From the NCBI RefSeq assembly GCF_000430505.1, contig NZ_AUMD01000021.1, positions 192,001 through 244,561 on the forward strand: a stretch of 52,561 nucleotides of DNA, written 5' to 3'. The position numbers and the translations under genes are program-made. This DNA is from Eisenibacter elegans DSM 3317 (GTDB lineage: Bacteria > Bacteroidota > Bacteroidia > Cytophagales > Microscillaceae). Below are positions 9,263 to 18,400 of the stretch, one piece after another. The notes under the pieces are model-generated. The model made no database searches, was not told the DNA's origin, and was given only the letters and a program-made list of their open reading frames with translations. Numbering within the stretch: the first letter of the stretch is position 1; each line of letters starts with the position of its first letter.

Positions 9263-10693
9263 ATGCACGCAAACTTCAATAAAACCAAAATTGTAGCCAC
9301 CGTAGGCCCAGCTTCTAATACCAAAGAACGATTGTTGGCCTTGGCTCAGGCCGGAGTAGATGTCTTCAGGCTCAATTTTTCACACGGCACACACGAAGAG
9401 CACTTTCAGGTCATTCAACATATACGCGCTATCAATGTTGAATACGGTTATAGTATCTCTATCTTACAAGATTTGCAAGGCCCCAAAATCCGTACGCGTG
9501 AAGTCGAAGGTGGGGAAGTAATGCTCGAAAAAGGGCAGACCGTCCGAATCACCACGGCCAACGTTCCTTGCAGCGAAGCCCTTATCAGTACCAACTACAC
9601 CGCACTACCCAAGGATGTCAGCGAAGGAGACCGTATCCTCATTGATGATGGGAAGATAGAGCTAAAAGTACAAAGCATCGATGGAGAGGAGGTCAAGGCT
9701 ACCGTAATTTATGGCGGGCCTCTACGTTCCAAAAAAGGTATCAATCTGCCCAACACCTTGGTATCAACCCCCTCACTGACCGAAAAAGACACCGAAGATC
9801 TCTACTTTGGGCTAGAACACGAGGTAGACTGGGTTGCTCTTTCGTTTGTGCGCTCTCCAACAGATATTCACTTGCTGCGACACATCATCCGGCAAAGAGG
9901 CAAGGATACCCGCATTGTGGCTAAGATAGAAAAGCCACAAGCAATCAACCTTATTGATGAAATCATCGAAGCGACCGACGCACTGATGGTGGCCCGTGGC
10001 GACCTAGGGGTAGAAGTAGGAATGGAAGAAGTGCCGATGATTCAGAAAATGATTGTACAAAAAAGCACAGACGCAGCCAAGCCGGTAATTATCGCTACCC
10101 AGATGATGGAGAGTATGATTGACAGCCCACGCCCAACCCGCGCCGAGACGAACGACGTAGCCAATGCTGTTCTTGATGGAGCTGATGCCTTGATGCTCAG
10201 CGCCGAAACTGCCGTAGGCAAATACCCTGAGTTGGTCATTCAGTCGATGGCCGAAACCATCCGTATCGTAGAAGAAAAGTCGCCTAGGGTCTACAACCGC
10301 CCTTATGTATTGGATACAGCCGCCGAAACCTTCTACAACGATAGCGTCATAGCGGCGGCCTGCGTGCTTTCTAAAGACACCAAGGCTCAGGCTATTGTAG
10401 GGATGACCACCTCGGGCTACACGGCTTTCCGTATAGCCGCACACCGCCCCAAAGCACATATATTTATTTTCACCTCTAATAAAAAAATAATCCCTGTGCT
10501 CAACCTTGTCTGGGGAGTGCGTACTTTCTTCTACGATAGCCTCGTCTCTACTGATGCTACTTTCAACGACCTCAAACAGTTCTTGATGAAGGAGGGCTAT
10601 CTGGCGCACGGCGACGTATTTATCAACACCGCCAGTATGCCTATTGCAGAGAAGCGACGTACCAATGCCATTAAACTTTCGATAGCACGCTAG
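9263..10693 (+). CDS. pyk: pyruvate kinase
   Basis: Matches include KTKIVATVGPAS, MVARGDLGVEV and a C-terminal allosteric domain. The start is placed at MHANFNKTKIV, while the ORF track begins 60 nt upstream at 9203. Confidence 0.9.
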   Translation: MHANFNKTKIVATVGPASNTKERLLALAQAGVDVFRLNFSHGTHEEHFQVIQHIRAINVEYGYSISILQDLQGPKIRTREVEGGEVMLEKGQTVRITTANVPCSEALISTNYTALPKDVSEGDRILIDDGKIELKVQSIDGEEVKATVIYGGPLRSKKGINLPNTLVSTPSLTEKDTEDLYFGLEHEVDWVALSFVRSPTDIHLLRHIIRQRGKDTRIVAKIEKPQAINLIDEIIEATDALMVARGDLGVEVGMEEVPMIQKMIVQKSTDAAKPVIIATQMMESMIDSPRPTRAETNDVANAVLDGADALMLSAETAVGKYPELVIQSMAETIRIVEEKSPRVYNRPYVLDTAAETFYNDSVIAAACVLSKDTKAQAIVGMTTSGYTAFRIAAHRPKAHIFIFTSNKKIIPVLNLVWGVRTFFYDSLVSTDATFNDLKQFLMKEGYLAHGDVFINTASMPIAEKRRTNAIKLSIAR

Positions 10694-10711
10694 TGTCGAA
10701 TTAAAGCAAGT

Positions 10712-10766
10712 CTCTTCCGTAACTTTGGAATTCCAAGTTCGGAAGAGCTAGGTGTTTTGCTTTGGG
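10712..10766 (+). terminator. terminator-like hairpin after pyk
   Basis: CTCTTCCG...CGGAAGAG encloses a TTGGAATTCCAA palindrome, forming a near-perfect 36-nt hairpin, and GTGTTTTGCTTT follows. Confidence 0.5.
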
Positions 10767-11151
10767 GCAACCCTTGTCGTTGATGTGCATGTAACAACCA
10801 AGAGCTAAGCGATACTACTGCTTTGTGCTTTTGTGTGCGCTATAGGGCGACAACAAAGCCCCAACCCAACACAAAACCCCAAAATGTCCCAAGGGCTGGC
10901 AAAAAATAATACGAAATACGGCCAATTTGCGTAATTTGCATAACGGTAAAAATTAGAACAAACAGAAACATACCTTGGGGCTATATGAGCTACTTCCTAA
11001 TACTTGGGAGGGGTGATAGCGCTGTGTTTGAATATTTTAAATCATACAAATCAAATACTGCCAAACACAGAGCATCTCAAAACTTTAGCTATATTGCATA
11101 TAAAACCAAGCCTCTACAAGACATACAATCGCAAATGTAATACAAATTGCT

Positions 11152-11523
11152 ATGGATACTCAGGTAATATTGTTAGTAGATGATGACCCCATCAATAATA
11201 TGATTATTCAGCGGATGTTTGCCCGGCAATCAGACCGTATCCGAATGCAGATATTCGAACAAGGGCAAGATGGCCTGAGCTACCTCAAATCAGGACGCAA
11301 CCCGGCCCTTATCTTGCTCGATATCAATATGAATGACATCAACGCGTGGGAGTTTTTAGAACAAATGCAAGCCGACAAGATAGATATCCCCGTGATGATT
11401 TTGACCTCTTCTATTGGACAAAAGGATATGAAGCGTGCCAAAGGCTACAACCAAGTAATTGACTACCTGATCAAGCCACTGGATGACCAACAAGTGAAGA
11501 AAATATTGGATAACCTGCCCTGA
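11152..11523 (+). CDS. response regulator, receiver domain only (CheY-like)
   Basis: 123 aa with ILLVDDDPIN (acidic pocket), LILLDINMNDINAWEF (phospho-acceptor Asp), T at MILTSS and K at YLIKP. There is no output domain. Confidence 0.8.
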   Translation: MDTQVILLVDDDPINNMIIQRMFARQSDRIRMQIFEQGQDGLSYLKSGRNPALILLDINMNDINAWEFLEQMQADKIDIPVMILTSSIGQKDMKRAKGYNQVIDYLIKPLDDQQVKKILDNLP

Positions 11524-11536
11524 TTTTTTAAACACT

Positions 11537-12373
11537 ATGAAAAGCCTGCCTATTTTTTTTCCATTTATCTTGATACCAATCCTTGGACTTGTTGCCTGCA
11601 ATACCCGCGAAGAGCGACTCAACCAAGAGAAAGAAGCATTGCTACAAAAATATATACAACAGGCCCGTGCCAACCAAGAGATGGACTCTTTGATGGTCTT
11701 GCTTAACGAGACGCTCGACTCCGTCAATCTTGAGCAATATGAACTCAATACCTTGATTAAACGTGAAAAAGGGGCACGCAAACGGAGTGATATCCTCTCC
11801 AAAATCGAAGGGCTACAGCGCTATGTGCGCGCCAGCAATGACCGCATCGAAGTGTTGGAGCAACTGCTGGCCAACCAAGAAGCAACGAATGGCGCACAGG
11901 TCGCCGGCCTGAGAGGCATTATCAATCAACTCAAAACAGACCTACAGGCCAAGGAGTTGGAAATCATTGCCTTACAAAAGCAAGTCAATCAGCTGACAGA
12001 TGAGGTAATCTCTCTCAAAGACCAACTCGCCCTTCAGGAATCGCTGCGTGAGCAGAACGCCAAAGTCATTGCCACACAAGCCGAAAAAATAGCCCAAAAA
12101 GATATACGCCTGCAAGAAGAGCGCATCCGCACATTACAAGCACAAGTGGACAAGCTCATTGCCCAAGGTTTGGCCGAAGAGGAATTGGCGCAAAAAACCA
12201 AGCTTGCTGCCCGAAAGAAAAACGAACACCTAATGAGCGCCTATGATTTTTATCAAAAAGCCTATGCACTAGTAGCAGAAGAAGAAGCCCTGGCGCAAAA
12301 ACGCCGCGAACTAGAGGCGCGCCTCTCCAGTGTGAAAGCCAAACTCCCCAGTCGACACAAAGAGCAACTCTAA
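11537..12373 (+). CDS. coiled-coil lipoprotein, hypothetical
   Basis: It has a lipoprotein signal (ILIPILGLVAC). The remainder is Q/E/L/K-rich heptad-like sequence. It begins 14 nt after the receiver gene. Confidence 0.5.
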   Translation: MKSLPIFFPFILIPILGLVACNTREERLNQEKEALLQKYIQQARANQEMDSLMVLLNETLDSVNLEQYELNTLIKREKGARKRSDILSKIEGLQRYVRASNDRIEVLEQLLANQEATNGAQVAGLRGIINQLKTDLQAKELEIIALQKQVNQLTDEVISLKDQLALQESLREQNAKVIATQAEKIAQKDIRLQEERIRTLQAQVDKLIAQGLAEEELAQKTKLAARKKNEHLMSAYDFYQKAYALVAEEEALAQKRRELEARLSSVKAKLPSRHKEQL

Positions 12374-12384
12374 CAACCCAACCA

Positions 12385-14499
12385 CTAAAACCGCCAAAGC
12401 CAAGCTCCTTGGCTGCGGACATCGTGCCATTGTAAGCCCAGCTCAGCGGCATCTTGTTTGAGTTTTTGAGTGGTTTTGGTATAGTTACTGGCATCTACTA
12501 CATACTGTGCTTGGCGAGGAAGCTTGTCTGCCAAAGGCTTCAAACTTCGCACGGCATTGTTTTGTAAAATAAATACCGACACTCCGGCTTCGCCACAAAG
12601 TTCCCAAAAAGCAGGGCTAACCGCCCCCGACACAAGGGCAATGCGCTGCCCTTGCCAAAAAACCAACTCAAAGGCCAGACTGCCCGGCCTGATTTTTTGC
12701 CGCTCAAAATGACAAACCTGCAAGCCTAAGGCCGTATGATGGCCACCAAGCGCAAACTGATAGTCAGCAGACTGCACAGCAGATAATTTGTTGGGCAGCA
12801 ATACTTGGGCTTTTTGGCCTTGTAAAAGCTGTAAGTGGGGATTTTTGGGCAAATAATATACAGTCATCAACCGCTGTGAGCGGAGCTGGTATTGGTAATA
12901 TATGCGGCTGCTGCTCCAAGCTGTTACCATTCCTACACACAACCACACGTAGACAAAACGTCGTTGAGCCAACAGTAATAAGACACCCAAGAGCATCCCA
13001 TACAAAAAACACAATTCCCAGCCGTTGAGATATATGCCCTGAGTACTGGCGTATGGCAAGCTAGTAAGCCAACGCACCAAGATTCCCATCCAGACAATGG
13101 TCTGACTCAACAGCCAACCCAACCACACGGCTAGGTAAGGGAATGGGGAGAGCAACAACAACAGGATTCCGCCCCCTAAAATAAATGGTACGACAGGCAA
13201 GACCATTAGATTGGATAGTAGAAAATAGTTTGGAAACTGATGAAAATAGTACAGGCCTAGCGGAAAAGTTGCTAATTGTGCTGATATCGAAACAGCCGAC
13301 AACTGCCACGCTTTGTCTAAGTATGGGTTAGGGATTGAGAATATGCCATAAATCTTTGGATATAGGTAAATTATTCCAATAACAGCCAGATAAGAAAGCT
13401 GAAACCCTAGAGAAAACAATAGCATTGGATTGTACAAAAGTAAGATAAAGGCCGAAGCTGCGATAATGTTGTAAATATTGGTTTGTCGGGTGAGGGCTTG
13501 CCCTAATAAAATCAGTGAGAACATCGTGGCTGCCCGTAGTACCGATGCTGAAGCCCCGGTTAGGAAAGCATAGCCCCACAAAACCATAATCACTAAGAGA
13601 CTATATACCCAAACTCCATAACGCCACCGCCGCAAAGGCTTTAGCATCAAGGAGACTAGGCCTGCTACCAACCCCAAATGCAGCCCCGAAACAGCCAATA
13701 TGTGCATCAGTCCGGCTTGGGCATATGTTTGAGAGGTTTCAGTGTCGAGGTTTGTCTTGACACCCAACACCAAGGCAGAGGCTATGCCTAAAGCTTCAGC
13801 TTCGGGTAGATAAGTGTGAAGCTGTATTTGGCAGTAGTGGCGTATTTGTAGCGAAGCTTGTTGCCACCAAGGCAGGGTCTGGCGGGCTATTATGCCGATA
13901 TGTTGTGGCTGCACATATTGTTGGCAGTAGATTCCCTTGTGCCATAAGTAAGCCTGATAGTCAAAACTATGGGGATTTTTAGCTTCATCAATGGGACTAT
14001 ATATGCCCTTGATTATCAGCTCGTCGCCTACTAGCGGAGCACTACTTGGCTCGGGGAGGCTGTCAGTATAAGCGATTCGAAGCAGAATTTTGCCATGGCA
14101 ACGATGCCATCCATCGGGGTAGCGCAACGCCCTTACCTCTGCGATTGTTTGCCAGTAGCTTGATTTAGCCTGTACCTCGTCGGTGATTCGAACCACATAA
14201 GCCCTCAAGCTATCTGTTGGTTGGTGGACAAAATGTGAGGGATGATTGCGGGCTACTGTCTGATAACAGCGTACAGCGCCGACACCCATAAAAACCGAAA
14301 GCCCCAACAGCCCAAGCCATAGTTGAGCTTGATGGCGCTTGTGCGAAGGAACATACCAAGGGCTCAAGCCATAGATAAAGCTAGCAACAATCACCCATAC
14401 AATAAATATATTTTGGGGTGTAGGAAAGAAGTATTGCCATAAAATACCCAAAACCAGAGCAGCCAGTAGCCGTACATAGCTATAAGGAAGCCATTGCAT
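12385..14499 (-). CDS. comEC: ComEC/Rec2 family competence protein
   Basis: 704 aa, polytopic, with the competence-domain motif HILAVSGLHLGLVAGLV. The C-terminal region looks like a degenerate metallo-beta-lactamase-like extension. Confidence 0.8.
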   Translation of the reverse strand: MQWLPYSYVRLLAALVLGILWQYFFPTPQNIFIVWVIVASFIYGLSPWYVPSHKRHQAQLWLGLLGLSVFMGVGAVRCYQTVARNHPSHFVHQPTDSLRAYVVRITDEVQAKSSYWQTIAEVRALRYPDGWHRCHGKILLRIAYTDSLPEPSSAPLVGDELIIKGIYSPIDEAKNPHSFDYQAYLWHKGIYCQQYVQPQHIGIIARQTLPWWQQASLQIRHYCQIQLHTYLPEAEALGIASALVLGVKTNLDTETSQTYAQAGLMHILAVSGLHLGLVAGLVSLMLKPLRRWRYGVWVYSLLVIMVLWGYAFLTGASASVLRAATMFSLILLGQALTRQTNIYNIIAASAFILLLYNPMLLFSLGFQLSYLAVIGIIYLYPKIYGIFSIPNPYLDKAWQLSAVSISAQLATFPLGLYYFHQFPNYFLLSNLMVLPVVPFILGGGILLLLLSPFPYLAVWLGWLLSQTIVWMGILVRWLTSLPYASTQGIYLNGWELCFLYGMLLGVLLLLAQRRFVYVWLCVGMVTAWSSSRIYYQYQLRSQRLMTVYYLPKNPHLQLLQGQKAQVLLPNKLSAVQSADYQFALGGHHTALGLQVCHFERQKIRPGSLAFELVFWQGQRIALVSGAVSPAFWELCGEAGVSVFILQNNAVRSLKPLADKLPRQAQYVVDASNYTKTTQKLKQDAAELGLQWHDVRSQGAWLWRF

Positions 14500-14630
14500 A
14501 GTATATTTCTAAGAATAATGGTTTGATAGTAGATGCTGTTGGTAGCTAATATATTAAAAAACAAACCATAATACAATATAAAGTAGTGTTTATGTGTTTT
14601 TTATACTGAATTAGACAATAAAACCCTATC

Positions 14631-14718
14631 AATGTTTGAAAAAAGATTGGAGCCCCGAGCTACTTTTCCAAAAATGTCCAGTGGCGTGTCCTCAAATCTT
14701 GTCAATCTTGGTATAATA
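14631..14718 (+). repeat. family-B interspersed repeat (short form) fused to shared tail
   Basis: GTTTGAAAAAAGATTGGAGCCCCGAGCTACTTTTCCAAAAATGTCCAGTGGCGTG is at most 3 mismatches from 45899-45933. It is followed by CCTCAAATCTTGTCAATCTTGGTATAAT, the tail shared with family A. Confidence 0.7.
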
Positions 14719-14774
14719 CATACATCACTACTTTACCCTCCTTGGAAATGGGCAAGATATTTATTGAACAGGCC

Positions 14775-16136
14775 CTAAATACTTTGGGAAAAAATGGCTG
14801 ATTGAGGTGCTTTTTGCTGCAATCGCGCATCAAATACCGCACAAATGTTTCTTACAAACCCTCGACCTAAGGGCGTTATTTTCAGGGACTGAGCCTCTAG
14901 GTGCAGCAGCCCATCGGATTCCAAAGCTTGGAGCTGTGGCAGCAAATCATAAAGTACGGCGGTTTGGTCTTGGGGCAAAGCCCAAGAGGTTTCAAATCGG
15001 CACATCAGCCTCAAGATATGTCTGCGCAATACGAGGTCTTCATTGGTGAGTTGGTGGCCGTGGGTAATGGGCAGGCGGCGTTGTTTGAGTAGTTGGCGAT
15101 ACTCATCTACTGTTTTGGCATTTTGGGCAAAACCCATCCAAGCATCCCCAATAGAAGACACGCCTAGGCCGATGAGTAGTTGGGTATGGCGTACAGTATA
15201 GCCCATAAAGTTGCGATGTAATTGTTTTTGGTTAGCCGCAATAGCCAGTTCATCACTAGGAAGCGCAAAATGATCCATCCCTATCTCGACATAGCCACTC
15301 TCTAAGAGCAGTTGTTTGCCAAGGGTATAGAGTTGATGCTTCATCTCGGGCTTGGGCAACATTGACTCAAAAGACTTTTGCGCCGGTTTGCGCCAAGGGA
15401 TATGCGCATAACTATAGAAGGCAATTCGATCGGGGCGGTCTTGTAACACTTGCTGGATAGTCTGGCTTACAGAAGTTTCTGTTTGCATAGGAAGCCCGTA
15501 AATAAGGTCATAGTTGACTGAATCAAACCCCGTAAGGCGTGCTTTTTGGCTTAGAGCCGCCACTTCGTCCCTAGTTTGGATACGATTGATGGCACATTGA
15601 ACCTTGGTGTCAAAATCTTGTACCCCAATACTGATACGTCTGAACCCCAGCGCATAGAGCGTGTCAAGGTGGGCTTGGGTTGTATTGTGGGGGTGAGCTT
15701 CGAAGCTCAGCACGGCATCTTCGGCCAAGACGCTATGCTTCAAAATCCCTTCAATGAGACGCTGAAGGTTTGCGGGATTAAAAAAAGTAGGAGTTCCGCC
15801 ACCAAGATGCAACTCACGGATGATGGGCTGAGCATCGAAACATTCATTGTAAAGCGCCCATTCACTGAGTAGGTCTTGGATATAAGGGATTTCGACGTGG
15901 TGATTGACAGTAATACGGGTATTGCAACCACAGTAAGTACAGAGGCTTTCGCAGAAAGGGAGATGGATGTAAAGCGCAATCCCTTTGCGGGCATTGCTTT
16001 GTGCAAAAGCATCGGCCACCATATCCTGCCATTGATAGGCACTTGGCGCATTATCCCAATAAGGAACAGTAGGGTAGCTGGTATAACGCGGTACGGGTTT
16101 GTTGTATTTGCGCAAAAGGGAAGTGCTGATAGTCAT
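14775..16136 (-). CDS. hemN: oxygen-independent coproporphyrinogen III oxidase (radical SAM)
   Basis: The N-terminus RKYNKPVPRYTSYPTVPYW and the CxxxCxxC radical-SAM cluster (CESLCTYCGC) fit HemN, as does the 453 aa length. Confidence 0.9.
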   Translation of the reverse strand: MTISTSLLRKYNKPVPRYTSYPTVPYWDNAPSAYQWQDMVADAFAQSNARKGIALYIHLPFCESLCTYCGCNTRITVNHHVEIPYIQDLLSEWALYNECFDAQPIIRELHLGGGTPTFFNPANLQRLIEGILKHSVLAEDAVLSFEAHPHNTTQAHLDTLYALGFRRISIGVQDFDTKVQCAINRIQTRDEVAALSQKARLTGFDSVNYDLIYGLPMQTETSVSQTIQQVLQDRPDRIAFYSYAHIPWRKPAQKSFESMLPKPEMKHQLYTLGKQLLLESGYVEIGMDHFALPSDELAIAANQKQLHRNFMGYTVRHTQLLIGLGVSSIGDAWMGFAQNAKTVDEYRQLLKQRRLPITHGHQLTNEDLVLRRHILRLMCRFETSWALPQDQTAVLYDLLPQLQALESDGLLHLEAQSLKITPLGRGFVRNICAVFDARLQQKAPQSAIFSQSI

Positions 16137-16217
16137 CTCTAAATAGCGTTAGGGTTACATCAATAAGCCAAAGCTAGTGATGTTAGCGCGCTGATGCTAT
16201 GACATTTGTCAGTCTGT

Positions 16218-16336
16218 TGTTTTTATGCCAAGATTCACAAGAGTTGATGTATCACCTCCCCAACAAAATAGCCCCTGACAGCAGAAAGCGCCGTCAGGGG
16301 TATGGGTATTGTTTTTATGCCAAGATTCACAAGAGC
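16218..16336 (-). repeat. two identical 26-nt tail-motif copies flanking a hairpin (pruA-hemN intergenic)
   Basis: TGTTTTTATGCCAAGATTCACAAGAG occurs at 16218-16243 and 16311-16336. On the minus strand it reads CTCTTGTGAATCTTGGCATAAAAACA, the family-A tail. The hairpin CCCCTGAC-N13-GTCAGGGG (16272-16300) lies between the two copies. Confidence 0.75.
16272..16300 (-). terminator. candidate terminator hairpin downstream of pruA
   Basis: An 8-bp GC-rich stem CCCCTGAC/GTCAGGGG is followed on the minus strand by a T-rich stretch, CTATTTTGTT. Confidence 0.4.
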
Positions 16337-16421
16337 TAATCCCTAGTTTATTTGGGAGGCATACCCAATAGCAATCAGTTTGGGAAACGGATGTGCTTAC
16401 TTGTACTAAGAACTATCAGGT

Positions 16422-18077
16422 CTAGCCCAAGAAGGGGTAGCGGTAGTCTACCGGTGGGGCAAAGGTCTCTTTGATGGTGCGTGCCGACACCCAGCGGAGG
16501 AGGTTCATCATCGCGCCGGCTTTGTCGTTGGTACCGGAGGCACGAGCCCCGCCAAAAGGCTGCTGACCTACTACGGCTCCCGTAGGCTTGTCGTTGATGT
16601 AGAAGTTTCCGGCAGCATTGCTCAAAGCCTTGGTAGCCAACTCAATCGCGTAGCGGTCTTGAGAGAAGATAGCGCCTGTGAGGGCGTAGGGAGAAGTTTG
16701 GTCTACGAGCTTGAGTGTATCCTCAAAGTTCTCTTCGTGGTAGACATAGATGGTGAGCACAGGGCCGAAAATCTCCTCGCACATCGTCTCAGAAAGCGGG
16801 TCGATAGACTGTAGCACGGTAGGGGCAATGAAGTAGCCCTTGCTCTTGTCGTAAGTACCTCCAGCCACGACGGTTACGCCGTCGGTTTGCTTGGCGCGTT
16901 CGATGTAGCCCACGATTTTGTCGAAGGCTCGCTCATCGATAACGGCATTGATGAAGTTGCCAAAGTCTTCCGTACCGCCCATTTTGATGGAGGCTAGGTC
17001 GGTAAGCATATAGCCCTTCACCTCTTCCCAAAGATTCGAGGGGATGTAGGCACGAGAGGCTGCCGAACATTTTTGCCCCTGAAACTCAAAAGCACCACGC
17101 ACCAGTGCAGTGGCTAGAGCTTTGGCATCGGCAGATTTGTGTGCCAACACAAAGTCTTTGCCACCCGTTTCGCCCACAATGCGGGGATAAGTCTTGTAGT
17201 GGTCGATATTTTGGCCAATGGTTTTCCAGAGGTGTTTGAATACCGCCGTGCTACCTGTAAAGTGCAGGCCTGCAAAGTCGGGGTGTTTGAAGACTACCTC
17301 TCCGGCCACGGGGCCATCTACATACACCAAGTTGATGACCCCGTCGGGCACACCGGCCTCTTGAAAGACCTCCATCAGTACTTGAGCAGAATATATTTGA
17401 GTGTAGGCAGGTTTCCACACCACAGTATTGCCCATCATTGCTGGAGCGGCGGGGAGGTTACCCGCAATGGCCGTAAAGTTGAAGGGCGTAATGGCAAACA
17501 CAAAACCTTCGAGCGGGCGGTACTCCATACGGTTCCAGATACCGGGTGCAGACTGCGGTTGGTCGGCATAAATTTGGGCCATATACTGCACATTGAAGCG
17601 CAAGAAATCGATGATTTCGCAGGCAGAATCAATCTCGGCCTGAAACGCATTTTTCGACTGCCCCAGCATCGTAGCCGCATTGAGGCGTGCGCGGTACTTG
17701 CCCGCAATCAGGTCGGCAGCTTTGAGAAAAATAGAGGCACGGTGTTCCCAGCTCATTGCAGCCCAAGCCTCCTTAGCGCCCAAGGCCGCATTGATGGCCT
17801 GCTCTACGTGGCCGGCATCGCCTTCGGTAAAATACCCCAATACGTGCTGATGGTCGTGGGGAGGAGTAAGATTGATTTTTTTATCTGTAAAAATGCGCTC
17901 ACTGCCGATATACATCGGGATAGCCATTTGTTGGCCGCGCATCTCTTTCAGGGTGTTGGCCAAGCGCTCACGCTCCGGCGTACCGGGCGCATAGCTCAGG
18001 ATAGGCTCGTTGATGGGCGTAGGGGTGTTAAAAAATCCGTAGCTCATATTTTTGTTGTTTTGAGGTGTATGATGCAT
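16422..18077 (-). CDS. pruA: L-glutamate gamma-semialdehyde (1-pyrroline-5-carboxylate) dehydrogenase
   Basis: 551 aa in the aldehyde dehydrogenase superfamily (FTGSTAVFKHLW, VGETGGKDF, catalytic Cys in QKCSAAS). The size and N-terminal extension match bacterial PruA/RocA. Confidence 0.85.
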   Translation of the reverse strand: MHHTPQNNKNMSYGFFNTPTPINEPILSYAPGTPERERLANTLKEMRGQQMAIPMYIGSERIFTDKKINLTPPHDHQHVLGYFTEGDAGHVEQAINAALGAKEAWAAMSWEHRASIFLKAADLIAGKYRARLNAATMLGQSKNAFQAEIDSACEIIDFLRFNVQYMAQIYADQPQSAPGIWNRMEYRPLEGFVFAITPFNFTAIAGNLPAAPAMMGNTVVWKPAYTQIYSAQVLMEVFQEAGVPDGVINLVYVDGPVAGEVVFKHPDFAGLHFTGSTAVFKHLWKTIGQNIDHYKTYPRIVGETGGKDFVLAHKSADAKALATALVRGAFEFQGQKCSAASRAYIPSNLWEEVKGYMLTDLASIKMGGTEDFGNFINAVIDERAFDKIVGYIERAKQTDGVTVVAGGTYDKSKGYFIAPTVLQSIDPLSETMCEEIFGPVLTIYVYHEENFEDTLKLVDQTSPYALTGAIFSQDRYAIELATKALSNAAGNFYINDKPTGAVVGQQPFGGARASGTNDKAGAMMNLLRWVSARTIKETFAPPVDYRYPFLG

Positions 18078-18261
18078 TGATGGGGCGCACTTTCAGTTAG
18101 CTAACAGGAAAGCACGGATATACAAAGGTGCAATATCTTGAGCAACTCTCCAAGCGCTCTTTGTGTGTGCCTTATGCTCTTTGTGGGTAAATGTATGTCG
18201 AAGATGGGTAATCTCCCCAAAAAATAAAGACACACAGAAATAGGTGCGCTATACTCCGACC

Positions 18262-18357
18262 AAAATTGGTTTGGGAAATGTGTGGCGCTAAAAATCCTTG
18301 AGAATCAAAAAAAATCAACTCCTGTAAACCCTCAAATCAAATGAATCTTGGCATAAT
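18262..18357 (+). repeat. family-A interspersed repeat (full copy)
   Basis: AATTGGTTTGGGAAAT ... CTAAAAATCCTTGAGAATCAAAAAAAATC ... GTAAACCCTCAAATCAAATGAATCTTGGCATAAT lies upstream of the Crp/Fnr gene. Confidence 0.75.
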
Positions 18358-18400
18358 TTGTAACAATTGTTACGGAGTTGTTGTCCGCTAATCGGTATCT

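Noticed and set aside
10004-10609. 201-aa ORF on the minus strand inside pyk
   Set aside because: It overlaps the pyruvate kinase coding region in antisense and has no family resemblance.
17139-18080. 313-aa ORF on the plus strand
   Set aside because: It is antisense to pruA over its whole length. The protein has no recognisable domain. pruA clearly fits the aldehyde dehydrogenase family.
18330-18357. Reading the repeat tail TTGGCATAATTTGTAAC as a sigma-54 (-24 GG / -12 GC) promoter
   Set aside because: The spacing and the -12 element do not fit TGGCAC-N5-TTGC. The same tail also occurs in antisense 3' contexts, so a simple promoter assignment is not supported.
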